DNA of 63,864 nucleotides, filler included, from Octopus bimaculoides (GCF_001194135.2; 11 parts of 11 records of this genome joined end to end with filler, not necessarily neighbours in it), one strand, 5' to 3'; positions 12,603-24,904 are shown, numbered from the whole stretch's first letter. The notes: generated from the sequence alone by a model not told the origin. A program made the numbers and translations.

Positions 12603-14413
12603 TGAGTGGACAAATGAAAGAAGGGCACTCAACATGTTTATTGGGAGGTACATGTATCAAAACAGACACTTGAAACTTTAAGTACCACAGAATTTGAATC
12701 AAACTGTTTTGGTCCATACGCACACACACACACACACACACAACAAGCCTCTTTCACTTTACCAAATACACTCATAAGGCTATAGTAGAAAACACCTACA
12801 TAAGTTGCCACACTGGGATGTAAGCCGAAACGAAGTGGTTGAGAAACAAGTCTTTTTTTTTTTTAATTCTTGTTGTGTGCAGTTTAGTTACTATTTTGGA
12901 GATGGCACAGTGATGAGATATTAAGCTGAGAATCATCTGCTGTATTATGCAGATGCTTCCTTAGAGCAGCAAGAAGCATTTTAAGGTCATTTTTCCCCTG
13001 CTAAGATGTTTTATTTAAATGATTTTTTTTGCTATTTTTGAGTTGAATTTAGATTTGCTTAAAGGGAATTACAGCTTTTATAATTGTTCACTAATTTTAT
13101 AATAAAGATATTAAAAATAAATGTATATGGAGGATAATAATTTATCTACAAAGATACAAATCTGTGAATTCCGTGGTGTTGCATAGCTTAGAGCATTGTT
13201 CAATTCTTCTCCAGGTCAAATTAGCTTTTCTCAAAATTAACATCATTAACATAGTAAGATAGGCTATTTATCAGAGATAGGGCAATGTGCTTTCTGTTTT
13301 TAGCGCTTGCAATCAATATATTTCGGAATGCTAAATTCTAAGGATTTTGTTTTGTTCTGGATTCCATTTTATGTCTTAGAAAAAGAAATCCTATTGATAT
13401 TATTATGTTTGTTCCCTCTCTCCCCTTTTCTCTTTTTCTCTCTGTCTGTCTGTCTGTCTCTGTCTCTCCTTCTAAAGGCTGCAGTTGTTTGGCTGTTAAT
13501 TTAAGTAAAAATGAAAAGAAAACTTTATAACATTATAAGTGGTGATGGTCGTGTTAGTGGTGGTGGTGGTGGTGGTGGTTTTGATAAGAATTGTTCAGCA
13601 AAATATCTGATGTGCACATATGAATATGTGTGTGTGTGTGTATGTGTATGTATGATTGTATGTATGTGCATGCACGCTTGTGTGTGTGTTTGCAAAATGT
13701 TGGTTTTTATGTTTCACTGAAGGTATTGATTGCTTGTAAATAATATATTGTTCTGTAAATGGATAGTCAGTAAAATAATATACGTCTGCAGTGGTTGAGT
13801 AAGTAAAATAGCAAGAACTAAGGGAGAGAGAGAGAGAGTAGAGAGAAAGAGAGGGAGGAAAGGGCAGAGGGAGGAGCAGACTTGGTCTGGTATTTGTTGA
13901 TTTAAAGTATGTGTGTATGCAATAACAAACCTTAAGTGTTCTATTCATTGTTGAAATAGTGTGCATGATGCACGATGCACCTGTTGGATCCTCCTTCTCT
14001 CAATGGCCATATCACTTCAGTGGTATTTTAGCATGACAAATCCATTTATGTTTTGCTTGTCTTTTACCTAAACAGATATCAACTACTGAGTGTGTTGAGT
14101 GTCATCTTTTATGTGTTCCAATTTGTGTCCATTTACCATTCCTTTCATTCAGTGTATCTGTTTCTTTTCTTATTTCTCTTATTGTCTTTCTTTCTCTCTC
14201 TTTTTCTCTACTGCGGCTGTTGTCTTTAATTTCTGATGGAATTGTTTGTTAGATGCCAACATTTATTCTGCAAAATCACTGTTTCTCTCCTGACCTTGGC
14301 TCTCTTGTTCTGTCACAATGTAAATATATTCCAGTTTACAAGTCAGTTAATAGCTATCAGAATATATACATGTATGTTGATGTTTGTGAGTTTGTGTGTG
14401 TGTGTGTGTGTGT

Positions 14414-14446
<33 letters not shown>

Positions 14447-14450
<4 letters not shown>

Positions 14451-14688
14451 AGAACCAGCGTTCGTACCATTTGAACCCTTGGAGGAGGCATCCTCCTGGG
14501 GTTAAAATGGTAGTAACAGCCATGTCAAAGTGGTAATAAACATTACTTCTCAGTATAGTTACTACTTGCATCTCTTATAGAGATTTTCTACCCATGGCAA
14601 TGACAGGTATTGCTCTCCCAATCAGTCTCCTGCATATCACAGGCCTTTAAATGAGGGCTTGACATAGGCCTTAAATTGCAGCCTTGGT

Positions 14689-14695
<7 letters not shown>
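14447..14695. repeat. Unclassified insertion within a (TA)n tract
   Basis: GC-richer block with sharp borders to (TA)n on both sides; 3' end resembles 18672-18708. Confidence 0.35.
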
Positions 14696-14730
<35 letters not shown>

Positions 14731-14739
14731 GTATGTATG

Positions 14740-14786
<47 letters not shown>

Positions 14787-15011
14787 NNNNNNNNNNNNNN
14801 NNNNNNNNNNNNNNNNNNNNNNNNNNNNNNTTAATTAATTAANNNNNNNNNNNNNNNNNNNNNNNNNNNNNNNNNNNNNNNNNNNNAGAGATTTAGTATA
14901 ATTCGGGTAAAAACCTCGTAACGTGCATTTAAGGGCTCTTATGTCGTTATTTGGCTACTACATATTATCCTACAGCAAGATGGAGGATATCAGGTTTTAA
15001 TAATAGATCGC

Positions 15012-15062
<51 letters not shown>

Positions 15063-15989
15063 TTAAAAAAAAATTAAAACTGGAGTTTTGTCTCGCAACT
15101 TGAGTATCATACCATTTCAACCTTCAACGATATTTTATACAACATGCATTGACGTGTGTATATGTGTGTGTGTGTGTATATATTGGCTTCATAATCCTCA
15201 CACAATGGACCGTGCTTTACAAGGTAAGTTTGAAATGGTAGTATCTCTCCCAAATGCATCAAAGGTGTCAGTGAAAGTAAACGGTTAATCAGGAATGGAA
15301 ATTGACTCGCCAATTCTGCATTTCGGGAGCTTGCCATTCACTTAGATCGTTAGCGTAACAAATAGTATTCTTACTTGAACATTATGCCCACATATTTGCA
15401 GCAAGAAGGGTTTAGAATTTCAGACGTCCATTGCAATTTAAACATAATCTTTAAGACTAAACACATTCGAATGATCAAATAAAGAAGAAGAAAAAACCCA
15501 TCAAAATAAACAAAATGTGAATATTTCACAGAAATTAAAAAATATACATCACAGAGAGTTGTTTTAGAAAACGTTCGGAGCAAAATAAATTTTTTTTTTA
15601 ATAAATAAATAAAATGAAGCAATTCTTGAAATACGCTTAACGTTAAATTTAGTTTGAACAAATAGTGTTCCAGCGAAACATAATGTAAACAGAAATTTTA
15701 GTTCACCAAATACTAAACATCTTGTATATTATCGGCACAGACAAACGTTTAGAACTGAACTTTGCTGTACTTTAGCACAAATGTTGATAAAAATGTCAGT
15801 CAGGAAGATTATATCGCTTCGTAACATTTATTTTCTAAGATCGACATATATTTCGAAGTATTTAGTAAAGTTAGCGCTTTGTTTTGTTTTTATTCTCCAA
15901 GCAACAAGCATTTATTGTAATGCAACTGAAGAAAAATATTCACTTAGATGCTTCAGTTAGTGCGTGGTTAAATTTATCTTATATCTATT

Positions 15990-16198
15990 CTTTTATTCTT
16001 TTACTTTTTTCAGTCATGTGACTGCGGCCATGCTGGAGCGCCGCATTTAGTCGAAGAAATTGACCCTAGGACTTATTCTTTCTAAGCCTAGTACTTATTC
16101 TGTCGGTTTCTTTTGTCGAACAGCTATATTACAGGGACGTAAACACACCAACATCGGTTGTCGAGTGATGATGGTGGTGGGGACCGACACACATACAA

Positions 16199-16253
<55 letters not shown>

Positions 16254-16575
16254 GGCGCATGGCTCAGTGGTTAGAACGTCGAGCTTACGATCGTGAGGTT
16301 GTGAGTTCGAATCCCGGACCGAGCTGCGTGTTGTGTTCTGGAGCAGGACACTTTATTTCACGTTGTTCCAGTTCACTCAGCTGTAGAAATGAATTGCGAC
16401 GTCACAGGTGTCAAGTTGTATCGGCCATATACATACGACGGGCTTCTTTCAGTTCCCGTCTACCAAATCCATCCACGAGGCTTTTGGTCGGCCCGAGGTT
16501 ATATTAGAAGACACTTGTCCAGTAGGACAATGTGGTTGAGAAGCAAGCTTCTTACCACACAGCTACACCTGCGCC
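15990..16575 (-). mobile_element. CORE-like tRNA SINE (octopus OR2-type) split by a nested SINE
   Basis: 3' part 15990-16200 and 5' part 16432-16575 both match 62122-62524. Confidence 0.8.
16251..16431 (+). mobile_element. tRNA-derived SINE inserted into the internal (TG)n of the OR2-type SINE
   Basis: A-box TGGCTCAGTGG and B-box AGTTCGAATCC with tRNA spacing. Confidence 0.75.
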
Positions 16576-16743
16576 AAAACCTAGAGACGGACGAAATGCC
16601 ATGAAGTATTTTGCCCGGCGTGTTTAACGGTTCTGTCAGCTCGCACACACACACACACATTATCTGGATTATCTGGGTGATAATCTTATAGCGTGCTTTC
16701 CAAAGCTCCTCAACGGTTATCGGTTACCAAATGCTATCATACA

Positions 16744-16809
16744 TAGCTCAGTCGATAGAGCACGAGACTCTTAATCTCGGGGTCGTGGGTTCGTGCTCCA
16801 CGTTGGGCG
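16744..16809 (+). pseudogene. tRNA-Lys(CTT) retro-pseudogene lacking the 5' acceptor strand (nt 8-73 only)
   Basis: TAGCTCAGTCGATAGAGCACGAGACTCTTAATCTCGGGGTCGTGGGTTCGTGCTCCACGTTGGGCG versus canonical metazoan tRNA-Lys-CTT; anticodon stem CGAGA/TCTCG pairs; first 7 nt replaced by the TSD. Confidence 0.9.
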
Positions 16810-16820
16810 AAATTCGTTTA

Positions 16821-17035
16821 AAGGCGGCGAGCTGGTAGAAACGTTAGCACGCCGGGCGAAATGCTTAGCGGTATTTCGTCTGCTGCTACATTCTGAGTTC
16901 AAATCCCGCCGAAGTCGACTTTGCCTTTCATCCTTTCGGGGTCGATAAATTAAGTACCAGTTGCGTACTGGGGTCGATCTAATCGACTGGACTCCCTCCC
17001 CCAAAATTTCGGGCCTTGTGCTTAGAGTAGAAAAG
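16821..17035 (+). mobile_element. Full-length young SINE (AAGGCGGCGAGCTGG family)
   Basis: Intact CpGs, B-box GAGTTCAAATCC, central TTGCCTTTCATCCTTTCGGGGTCGATAAATTAAGTACCAG, A-rich tail. Confidence 0.85.
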
Positions 17036-17595
17036 AAATGCTATCATACAGTAAGACTTCCCCTTTTACTGGGTATACATTTGGAAATCCGTGAATATCC
17101 GCAGAGTTTATACAAAAGAATTTTAATACTAGAAGATGGAATCAACAGGCTTTATTCCAAATCATTCGTTTATCTCCAGAAAAGTCGAGACAAGTCTGTG
17201 GATAAGAACGAAGTGTATGGGGGGTTTGTTGTTTATTCTATATTCTATAATTTTTTTTATTTCCATTAATTTCCTTTGGTATTTTTTCCAACATGTCGTC
17301 TTTTGTATTTGCGTATTGTTCTTTGTCAACAGAATGCTAGCAACAGCATAAGGGTATAAAGCAAAGAGAAGCTAAAGATGATCTAGTAATGCATTGGATC
17401 CTACTCATCTGAAGACATGTAGGTACACAGCTATTGTTGGATCATATTAATGCAATTATTCGTATAATATGTGTAACGTTCAACATTCACCAGCTAACTC
17501 TGATGCACAGAAACAACTGTTGTGATTTAGAGATTTGGAATAAAGTCTATTCATTTCATCATCTTGTATTAATATTGTTTTATATATATGTCTTT

Positions 17596-17937
17596 TATCT
17601 TTTACTCGTTTCAGTCATTAGACTGCGGCTATGCTGAGGCATCTCACTGGAAGAATCTTTATTGACCGGATCGACCTCAGTAATTATTTTTTAAACTTGG
17701 TACTTATTCTATCGTGATTTTTTGCCGAACCGCTAAGTTACGGGAACGTAAACAAACCAACACCGGTTGTCAAGTAGTAGTGAGAACAAACACCAAGGCA
17801 CACATGCGTACACTCACATACGACGAGCTTCTGTCATTTTCCGTCTACCAAGTCTATTCACAAGGTTTTGGTCGGCCCGGGGCTAGAGTAGAAGACACTT
17901 GCCTAAGGTGCTACGCAGTGGGACTGAACCCGGAACC
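17596..17937 (-). mobile_element. OR2-type CORE-like SINE
   Basis: Collinear with 62122-62524. Confidence 0.8.
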
Positions 17938-18703
17938 ATCTTTCATTAGCTGATTACACAACCGTGAGCGCCGCCCCTATGGATGTGTTACAGTTATTCT
18001 CTTAATAGAGCTTGGTGATCCTGATCGTTGACCTCGGCTTCCTCCGCTTGGCATCAATGCAAGAAGCATTGTTGGCTGGGTTGAGCTCTTCCGCCACCTC
18101 TTCACAATCCACCATGCCACAGTCCCGTGACTTCGCCATATCCTGGATGGCTGAACGGGTGCTATGCTTTGCCAATGGACAGCTCGTAACTATGCAGAGC
18201 ACGGTCGTCACTCTGTGAGGTGTTTTCAAAATGTACGTTGCTCCAACATAGCTACAATCCATTGACAGTTAAAGAGTCATGCGCGTGTGCATTTTCATGT
18301 ATGCATTTATGAATGTAGCCTTGAAAAGGAGGAAAAGTAGTGAGAGGGTCTCTTTTTATTTAGATTAAAATAATAGCTACTCATCTGGCTCTCCAGTATT
18401 TCAAGTATCTCCAAAAATACTAAGATTATACTTAAGAACTAACATTGGATTAAGTATTCAATTAATGGTTTGCTAGTTATATATCATTGTTCCCACGCTC
18501 ATATTTCTAAGTACATATGAGTGTCCGTTTGGTGATACAAAACAGGAACATAGTAGTTAAGTACCAATGTGTGAAACTCTCGGCTGTCGAGTCAGTTTGT
18601 AACTTCTGCACTTCTACCGATTAAATGTATACAACATATATGTGTACAGATATATATATGTGTATATATATTATAGGTGGTGGCCTATAGACCCCGTGGT
18701 TTC

Positions 18704-18737
<34 letters not shown>

Positions 18738-19381
18738 NNNNNNNNNNNNNNNNNNNNNNNNNNNNNNNNNNNNNNNNNNNNNNNNNNNNNNNNNNNNNNN
18801 NNNNNNNNNNNNNNNNNNNNNNNNNNNNNNNNNNNNNNNNNNNNNNNNNNNNNNNNNNNNNNNNNNNNNNNNNNNNNNNNNNNNNNNNNNNNNNNNNNNN
18901 NNNNNNNNNNNNNNNNNNNNNNNNNNNNNNNNNNNNNNNNNNNNNNNNNNNNNNNNNNNNNNNNNNNNNNNNNNNNNNNNNNNNNNNNNNNNNNNNNNNN
19001 NNNNNNNNNNNNNNNNNNNNNNNNNNNNNNNNNNNNNNNNNNNNNNNNNNNNNNNNNNNNNNNNNNNNNNNNNNNNNNNNNNNNNNNNNNNNNTATATAT
19101 ATGTACTGAATCCTGAATCTTTACAAGCATGAAGTGGATTCGATCCATCATGGCCAAATTTAAATTAACACTTCAACAGAACTTTTCTCACGGTGGAACA
19201 ATGGGTTTTTTTTTTCTGACAGCAGTTTTACATTTTCCAGATGCCTTAGTTAGGCCGAAATAATGTCTTCACCACTTGACCCTTTTTAACCTCTTCTAAA
19301 CCATGAAAAGCTAGAATTAAGATAACAAGACCACCAACTACATCCTTAGTTCTCAATAATATGTCTATCCTTCTGGATAGT

Positions 19382-19414
19382 TATAAAAGCAAGAACCCCC
19401 AAGCAAAAATCAGT
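19382..19414 (+). promoter_or_regulatory. Candidate Pol II core promoter (TATA + Inr)
   Basis: TATAAAAG at 19382; TCAGT at 19410-19414 places the Inr A exactly 30 nt downstream. Confidence 0.45.
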
Positions 19415-19421
19415 GGTGACT

Positions 19422-19508
19422 TGGTGACGACTCAACCAGTGGTCACCTGGTGACGACTCAACCAGTGGTCACCTGGTGACGACTCAACCAGTCAGTCACT
19501 TTGGTGAC
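19422..19508. repeat. 26-bp minisatellite, ~3 units, each with an internal inverted repeat
   Basis: TGGTGACGACTCAACCAGTGGTCACC twice exactly, plus a partial unit. Confidence 0.95.
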
Positions 19509-19917
19509 AATTCTTGAGTTGAGAGAGACCTAACATCAGTTAGTGAACTGACCACTAGAATCATGGAAGCAGGCAGACAAACGGCTCGAGGGAAAAAGAA
19601 AAACAACGTCCCACACTCTCACTCTCACTAGTTCTAATTCTGTTCTCTTACAACATCATTCTAGCTCTCTGTAATTACTACTAAACAATGACGAGAACAC
19701 AAACACAAACTATGCAAGGAAAATCTATATCTATCTTTACTTCGCATGCTTTACGATTTTATCACATGCTCGTCAAGGTAAGGTATTGTATAATGTAACG
19801 AGTAAAAATAGATATTTCCTTAAAACTTCATGCATTGTTCATCTTTCACATCTTACAACTTGCCGCCGTTACAAAACAATTTCAACCGATACAAACTAAT
19901 CTTCATATATATGCATA

Positions 19918-20092
19918 CATACGACGGGCCTCCTCCAGTTACTCTTTACCAAATCCACTTACAAAGCTTTGGTAGGTCCGAAAGTATAGAAAATCAGAAG
20001 GCACATGCCCAAGGTGCCACGCAGTAGGACTAAACCAGGAATCATGTGGTTAGGAAGCAAACTTCTTATCAAACAGCCACGCCTGCGGCTAT
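19918..20092 (-). mobile_element. OR2-type SINE 5' half
   Basis: TACGACGGGC..CCAAATCCACTTACAAAGCTTTGG..CCAAGGTGCCACGCAG..CACAGCCACGCCTGCG. Confidence 0.75.
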
Positions 20093-20324
20093 ATAAAAAG
20101 TTGTCATAATGAATGTTTTTACACACCACTTATTAAAATAACCGATCTCCAATAAACAAGAAAAGGCGAGAATTCACTCGATGGACAACAGAATGTCACG
20201 AGAATACTTCTAAAAGTATTACATCTCATCTGGAGTGGGGGTTTGAATCTACGATCTCTGGAGTATACGTCCAGCGTGTTATCCTCTGCGCTACAGGGAT
20301 TTGATACACACACACACACACACA

Positions 20325-20690
20325 TACGAGGTTTACTCAAAAAGTATCCGACCTTGATTTTTATTTTGCACAAAATAGTAATGCGTGAGCAAAATCCGCA
20401 TGGGTATTAGGTGGCTGCGTCCTTCCTGAGCATGCGCAAAAATTTTCGTGTCTGTAGGTTGCGCCATTCACCTGCAGTGACGCGTTGAGTACAGACGTGA
20501 AGAGTGTGCTGTGTGATTTTTCTTTTTGAATCAAGATGACCGAGTGCATTGAGCAAAGATACTGTATGAAATTCTACCAAAAACTTAGTGATACGCAAGT
20601 CCGGAGTATCGAGAAGGCCTTTGGAGATGATGCAATGGGAAAAACACAAATAAAGGAGTGGTACAGCCGGTGCAAAGATGGCCGCACCTC
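20325..20690 (+). mobile_element. Mariner element 5' end (TIR plus transposase N-terminus), cut by a gap
   Basis: TA-CGAGGTTTACTCAAAAAGTATCCGACC terminus; MTECIEQRYCMKF..AFGDDAMGKTQIKEWYSRCKDGRT (mariner HTH). Confidence 0.85.
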
Positions 20691-20887
20691 NNNNNNNNNN
20701 NNNNNNNNNNNNNNNNNNNNNNNNNNNNNNNNNNTTAATTAATTAANNNNNNNNNNNNNNNNNNNNNNNNNNNNNNNNNNNNNNNNNNNNGGAACATCGG
20801 TCGTTCCTTATTCCAATGTTTTCCCCCATATCCTCCTCTCCTTCCCAGTTGTCCTACTCTATCAAACTTCTCTTGCATTCAGTCACT

Positions 20888-20924
<37 letters not shown>

Positions 20925-22958
20925 GTCTCTCTCTCTCTCTCTCTCTGTTTATCTCTCTCTCTCTCTCTCCGTGTGTTCTCCTTCTATGAATCACCGTAAT
21001 TCACTAGCACTCAATCTCTCTCTTTCTGTCTGCCTATCTGTCTCTCTGTCTCTCTGTCTCTCTGTCTGTCTCTGTCTCTCTGTCTCTCTCTGTCTCTCTC
21101 TGTCTCTGTCGTCTCTGTCTACCTGTCTGTGTGTGTGTCTCTCTCTCTGTCTTTCTCGCACACACGTTCTGTGTCAGCTTCTACGACTATTTGTCTCTAC
21201 CTACATCAGTGTTTTTTCTTGGTGATGCTAGTGTCATGAAAGCAATGTGAAAGACATCAAAGACGAAGAAAACAATAGCAACATATATATATATTCTTAT
21301 ACATCGCAATGGCATATTTATATACAAATGCATGAAACGACACACAAACATACAGTAATCACTAACATATATAATTCGTTAGTGATTGTAAATTTGCGAT
21401 TCAAATGGCACAACAATACGCACTATTTAAACTTCATGTGTACGGAGGTCTACATTACAGTTTTAGAGACATTTTGTTGGATTCCGTAATTTTTTAGAAT
21501 ACATATAGAAATCAAAACCGGAGAGTTTGTGCATAAAAAAATTATTAGATCGTATTACGTACGTTTCGAAAAACGTGCTATATCAGGAAAGACTTATACG
21601 CTGTCTGTATTGTCAATTCTTCAGAGAATGTATGACTCTCATTAGTGATATTTAGTTTTCTTGCTGGACTGCTGACTGTGTCGCAATCTCTGAACACCTA
21701 ACAAGGCCATCGGCCGATAAGATCACTAATAGCTTTCATCCATGACAGTATCCATCTTTCCTCAATGAGATTTTTAGCGAGTTGTCTCACAAGTCTAGGA
21801 CATTCGGCTGATTTGACACCCAGTGCAACGGGCACTCTACGTCAGCGAACCAGCAAACAAACATAACGTATGCATTGAGTATGTGCGGTCGATAATATAA
21901 TTGTATGTGTATAAATACTCACACACACACACACAAAATAGATACACACACACATATGTTTGTGTATGCAAGTTTGTGTATGTTTGTATGTGTGTCTCCG
22001 TGTGTGCGTTTGATGGACGGCCTGTGCTTAATAACCGATTTTAAAAAGTTAGTACTGATGTACTAAATACTTGAAGCCGATGTCTTACGATGACAGAATT
22101 CCAGTGACTAAAACAACCAAAAGATAAAAGATGAAAGACAACTACGTGCATGTGTCTCGCTCACTCACTCACTCTCTCACTCGCACCAAAATTATGAAAC
22201 CTCGAAGTTAAATTTTTCTTTGCACACTTTATGCCCATATTTTCCTACTCTTTTACTTTATGTCCTAATATATGCTGGGACCATGCAGTCCATCGCTAGT
22301 TTTCCTTGACTTAACTGTTTCAATATTTATAGTAATATTGTTTCACATTAATCAACATGTTTTCCCATCTTAGACAAAATATTAAAGAACTGTAGTAAGG
22401 TTACAGCTCTGTTGTTGAAGAATTTTGGATTTGCCCCTTAGTCTTTACTCGCCCTCGAGTCCTTTCTAACCGTGAGTGTGACGGTATGTCGAGAACTCCA
22501 GTTGTGGGTCAAATAAGAGTAGATAGGGCTGTAGTTATGTCATACAGAACTCGAAAGACTAGTGGCTTCCACACATGCTTCAAAAAATACCACCCTTGTG
22601 TAGACTTGTCCTGATATTAAGTGAACCCATCCCCTGGCTAAGGAGTAAAAAATATTTTGTCTATCAATGTAAGCTCGAGAAAGCAATAAACTGGCAGAAT
22701 AAACTGCAAATATAATGGCAAAAGACAGCTGAAAATCCCGGATATCTTTCCAAAGGAAAAAAATTCAAGGCTTCGTTCTAAAGACTTTGGCATGGAAATC
22801 CATGACTGCAGACGCCTGGAGGCATGGCGCATGACGAAAGAGAAGTAAAATGCGTTATCGATTTGATAATGTTCAGCTTTAAAATTACTATTATATCTTA
22901 CACAACGGATCTCAGGAGCCAAGATAACAGCTTATATTTGTTGGATCGACTTCCAAGC

Positions 22959-23346
22959 GTGGACGCGTAATGACCCAGTGGTTAGGGCAGCGGACTCGTG
23001 GTCATAGGATTGCGGTATCGATTCCCAGACCGGGCGTCGTAAGTGTTTATTGAGCGAAAACACCTAAAGCTCCACGAGGATCCGGCAGGGGATGGTGGCG
23101 AACCCTGCTGTACTCTTTCGCCACAACTTTCTCTCACTCTTACTTCCTGTTTCTGTTGTGCCTGTAATTCAAAGGGCCAGCCTTGTCACACTCTGTGTCA
23201 CGCTGAATCTCCCCGAGAACTACGTTAAGGGTACACGTGTCTGTGGAGTGCTCAGCCACTTGCACGTTAATTTCACGAGCAGGCTGTTCCGTTGATCGTA
23301 TCAACTGGAACCCTCGACGTCGTAAGCGACGGAGCGCCAGCAACAA
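22959..23346 (+). mobile_element. Full-length ~390-bp tRNA-derived SINE with (AAC)n tail
   Basis: A-box TGACCCAGTGG, B-box GGTATCGATTCCC; flanking TSD ACTTCCAAGC (22949) / ACTTCCGAGC (23346). Confidence 0.8.
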
Positions 23347-23899
23347 CTTCCGAGCAACAGCTGCCATAACTCACTGAAATCTCATTTGAACTCAATGTTT
23401 TTAAATCGGTGTACTGTAATGGACTGGTATCAATGTGCACAGTAGATTTGTAAAAATACCATTTCAAATGTAATTTAATACTGAAAAAAAACCCCGTTTT
23501 AAGACTTAAGAGTCTCGGAAATATTATTAGTTCTTATATTTTTATTCATAATTATGATTAATGGAACAAGGACAATAATAGATTTTCTGCGTTTAAAATA
23601 TTGAATCTTAAAACAGCTTTGCTATACTGAATGAACCCGAAATTTTATATTTGATTTTAGCGTGCCTCAAATATTGATAACCATTGACTGAACAACTTCA
23701 AAGCGCATATTAGATAATGTGGTTTTACGTACACTGAGGCCGAAAATTGTGCAACATGGTAATGAAAAGAATACCATGCACAAGAGGACTGCTCGCGTGA
23801 GGATTAACAATAATAACAGACCTATTGATTGGGAAATACCAGCAATATATATTCCGAATGTAAAAGAACCATTGATAATAATAATTACTATTATTATTA

Positions 23900-24048
23900 G
23901 ATCGACCCCAGTGTTTCACCGGTACTTAATTTATCGACCCTGAAAGGATTGAGGGCAAAGTCGACCTCGGTGGAATTTGAACTCAGAACGTGAAGACAGA
24001 CGAAATCCCGTTAAGCATTTCGCCCGGCGATCCTTCGAGCTCGCCGCT

Positions 24049-24050
<2 letters not shown>
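23900..24050 (-). mobile_element. AAGGCGGCGAGC-family SINE
   Basis: Reverse complement of 16821-16990; CpGs retained. Confidence 0.8.
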
Positions 24051-24119
<69 letters not shown>

Positions 24120-24184
24120 GATAATAATAATAATATTAAATAATAATAATAAAAATCATAATAATAATAATAATAATAATACAA

Positions 24185-24335
24185 ACCTACAAAGACCCAA
24201 AAACTAAAGAAAAAATATAACATGAAAACCATAGTTGACATTGATGCCACCATAGAAACCATCAAGCAAAAGGTATGTGCTAAAGCTGCCCGCATAGCAA
24301 GGTATGAAAAGCGTGTTAAATTCGTCCGAGATAAT
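24185..24335 (+). mobile_element. R4/Dong-clade LINE ORF fragment abutting an (AAT)n tract
   Basis: KLKKKYNMKTIVDIDATIETIKQKVCAKAARIARYEKRVKFVRDN, resembling the pre-RT KQK..AK..RI.RYE motif of R4/Dong elements; cut by a gap. Confidence 0.65.
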
Positions 24336-24435
24336 NNNNNNNNNNNNNNNNNNNNNNNNNNNNNNNNNNNNNNNNNNNNTTAATTAATTAANNNNNNNNN
24401 NNNNNNNNNNNNNNNNNNNNNNNNNNNNNNNNNNN

Positions 24436-24476
<41 letters not shown>

Positions 24477-24866
24477 ACACAAACATATGTCTATGTGCAC
24501 TCGAGTGTGTGTTTTAGTGTTATGCTTAAATTATAGCTACCTGTTTTGATTTGTTTCTAGGTCTCAACTGAAGCAAGATTTCAATACGTCAGAAAATTCA
24601 ACGGATTGCATTAGAAAACTGAGCAGAATATCAGAATAGCAGAATAAGGAAGCATCCACAAGTATCAAGAACATCAGCGGTAACAGCAACAGCAACAAAA
24701 CCACTGTTTATAACAACTATCCCCTTCTAGAAACGCAAGCAAGCATTTACTGTTACTGCAATGATAACACAACCATTACTAACCATCAACACTTCCACAA
24801 AAGAACAGCTTACACAACAAGGATGTCAATATTAAAAGTATTCCGCAGAGCAACCGAAGAACAAAA

Positions 24867-24904
<38 letters not shown>

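Noticed and set aside
16744-16809. Functional tRNA-Lys gene
   Set aside because: The 5' acceptor strand is missing, the D-loop GG and T-loop A58 are mutated, and it lies inside a TSD-flanked insertion.
19422-19508. 26-bp palindromic direct repeats as a CRISPR array
   Set aside because: Units are contiguous with no unique spacers; eukaryotic context and no cas genes.
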